Shown here piece after piece: positions 63,430 through 64,000 of a DNA stretch of 64,000 bases. A program made the translations under genes and the position numbers. The DNA lies in assembly GCF_030684315.1 (NCBI RefSeq), contig NC_081393.1, positions 16,301,479-16,365,478 of the forward strand, read 5' to 3'. The notes beneath the pieces are model-generated. The model was given only the letters and a program-made list of their open reading frames with translations. It was not told where the DNA came from and searched no databases. Numbering within the stretch: the stretch's first letter is position 1; every line of letters begins with the position of its first letter. This DNA is from Stegostoma tigrinum (Eukaryota).

Positions 63430-63770
63430 AAGGCAATAGCCTAGTGGTATTGCTGCTGAACTGTTAATCCAGAGACCCAGGTGTTATTCAGGGGACCCAG
63501 GTTCGAATCCCGTCATTGCAGATGGCGGAATTTGAATTCGATAAATATTTGGAATTAAGAGTCTAACAATGACCATGAATCCATTGCCGATTGTTGGAAA
63601 AACCCATCTGTTCACTAATGTCCTTTTGGGACACCAGGTCTGGGCCTAATTGTGACTCCAGACCCACAGCAATGTGGTTGACTCATAACTGCTCTCTGGG
63701 AAATTAGGGATGGGAAATAAATGCTAGCCTAGCCAACAATCCCCTCATCCTGTGAATGACTTAAAAAAAA
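63430..63770 (+). mobile_element. tRNA-derived SINE (full length)
   Basis: A-box-like tagcctagtgg, perfect B box ggttcgaatcc (63500-63510), LINE-like tail and A-run at the 3' end. Confidence 0.8.
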
Positions 63771-64000
63771 ATTGCACGCCCAAAAGACTAGATTTTGATT
63801 ATGTGGAGATTTTGGAGGAAGTTGTCGAGACGTGGAAGGGCGAGGCCACGTACGGATTTGTAAAGGAGCATTAACGTTTCCGGTTGAAGGTATTGCTTGA
63901 CCGTGAGTCATTGTAGGTCGTCGAGCCTGGAGGGTCATCGGATGTTGGAGCTTGAGAGTTACGATGAGCTGCAGAAATTTGGATGATCTCATGTTTATGG

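Noticed and set aside
63430-63520. Possible tRNA gene (A/B boxes); likewise 52783-52850
   Set aside because: Continues into a SINE body and tail with no clean cloverleaf; these are SINE heads.

Overview
Eukaryotic (vertebrate) genomic DNA, almost certainly a cartilaginous fish (shark). This is inferred from HE1/V-SINE-type SINEs, abundant CR1 LINEs and Penelope-like elements. The window holds the conserved POLB-DKK4-VDAC3 block. It contains the last coding exon of POLB (+, 1475-1569) and a complete 4-exon DKK4 (-, 27440 to 5472; 693 nt CDS, 230 aa). It also contains the 5' part of VDAC3 (+): CpG-island promoter at ~44.5-45 kb and coding exons at 46970, 58027, 60804 and 62877, running off the window. 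A large share of the rest is retrotransposon debris, and almost all ORFs in the supplied track are TE fragments or noise. Most notable: (1) a 3-nt 'ATG' micro-exon in VDAC3 at 59129-59131; (2) a VDAC3 with Glu73 and none of the N-terminal mammalian cysteines; (3) many short palindromic Penelope-derived insertions, most with 10-15 bp TSDs, built around a minimal hammerhead-ribozyme core (CUGANGA...GAAA.GUC), from at least three sequence families, next to a truncated autonomous Neptune-type partner; (4) two frame-compatible cryptic exons in DKK4 intron 1 that could give a CRD1-less isoform. Exon coordinates were read by hand from splice signals; repeat boundaries are approximate.
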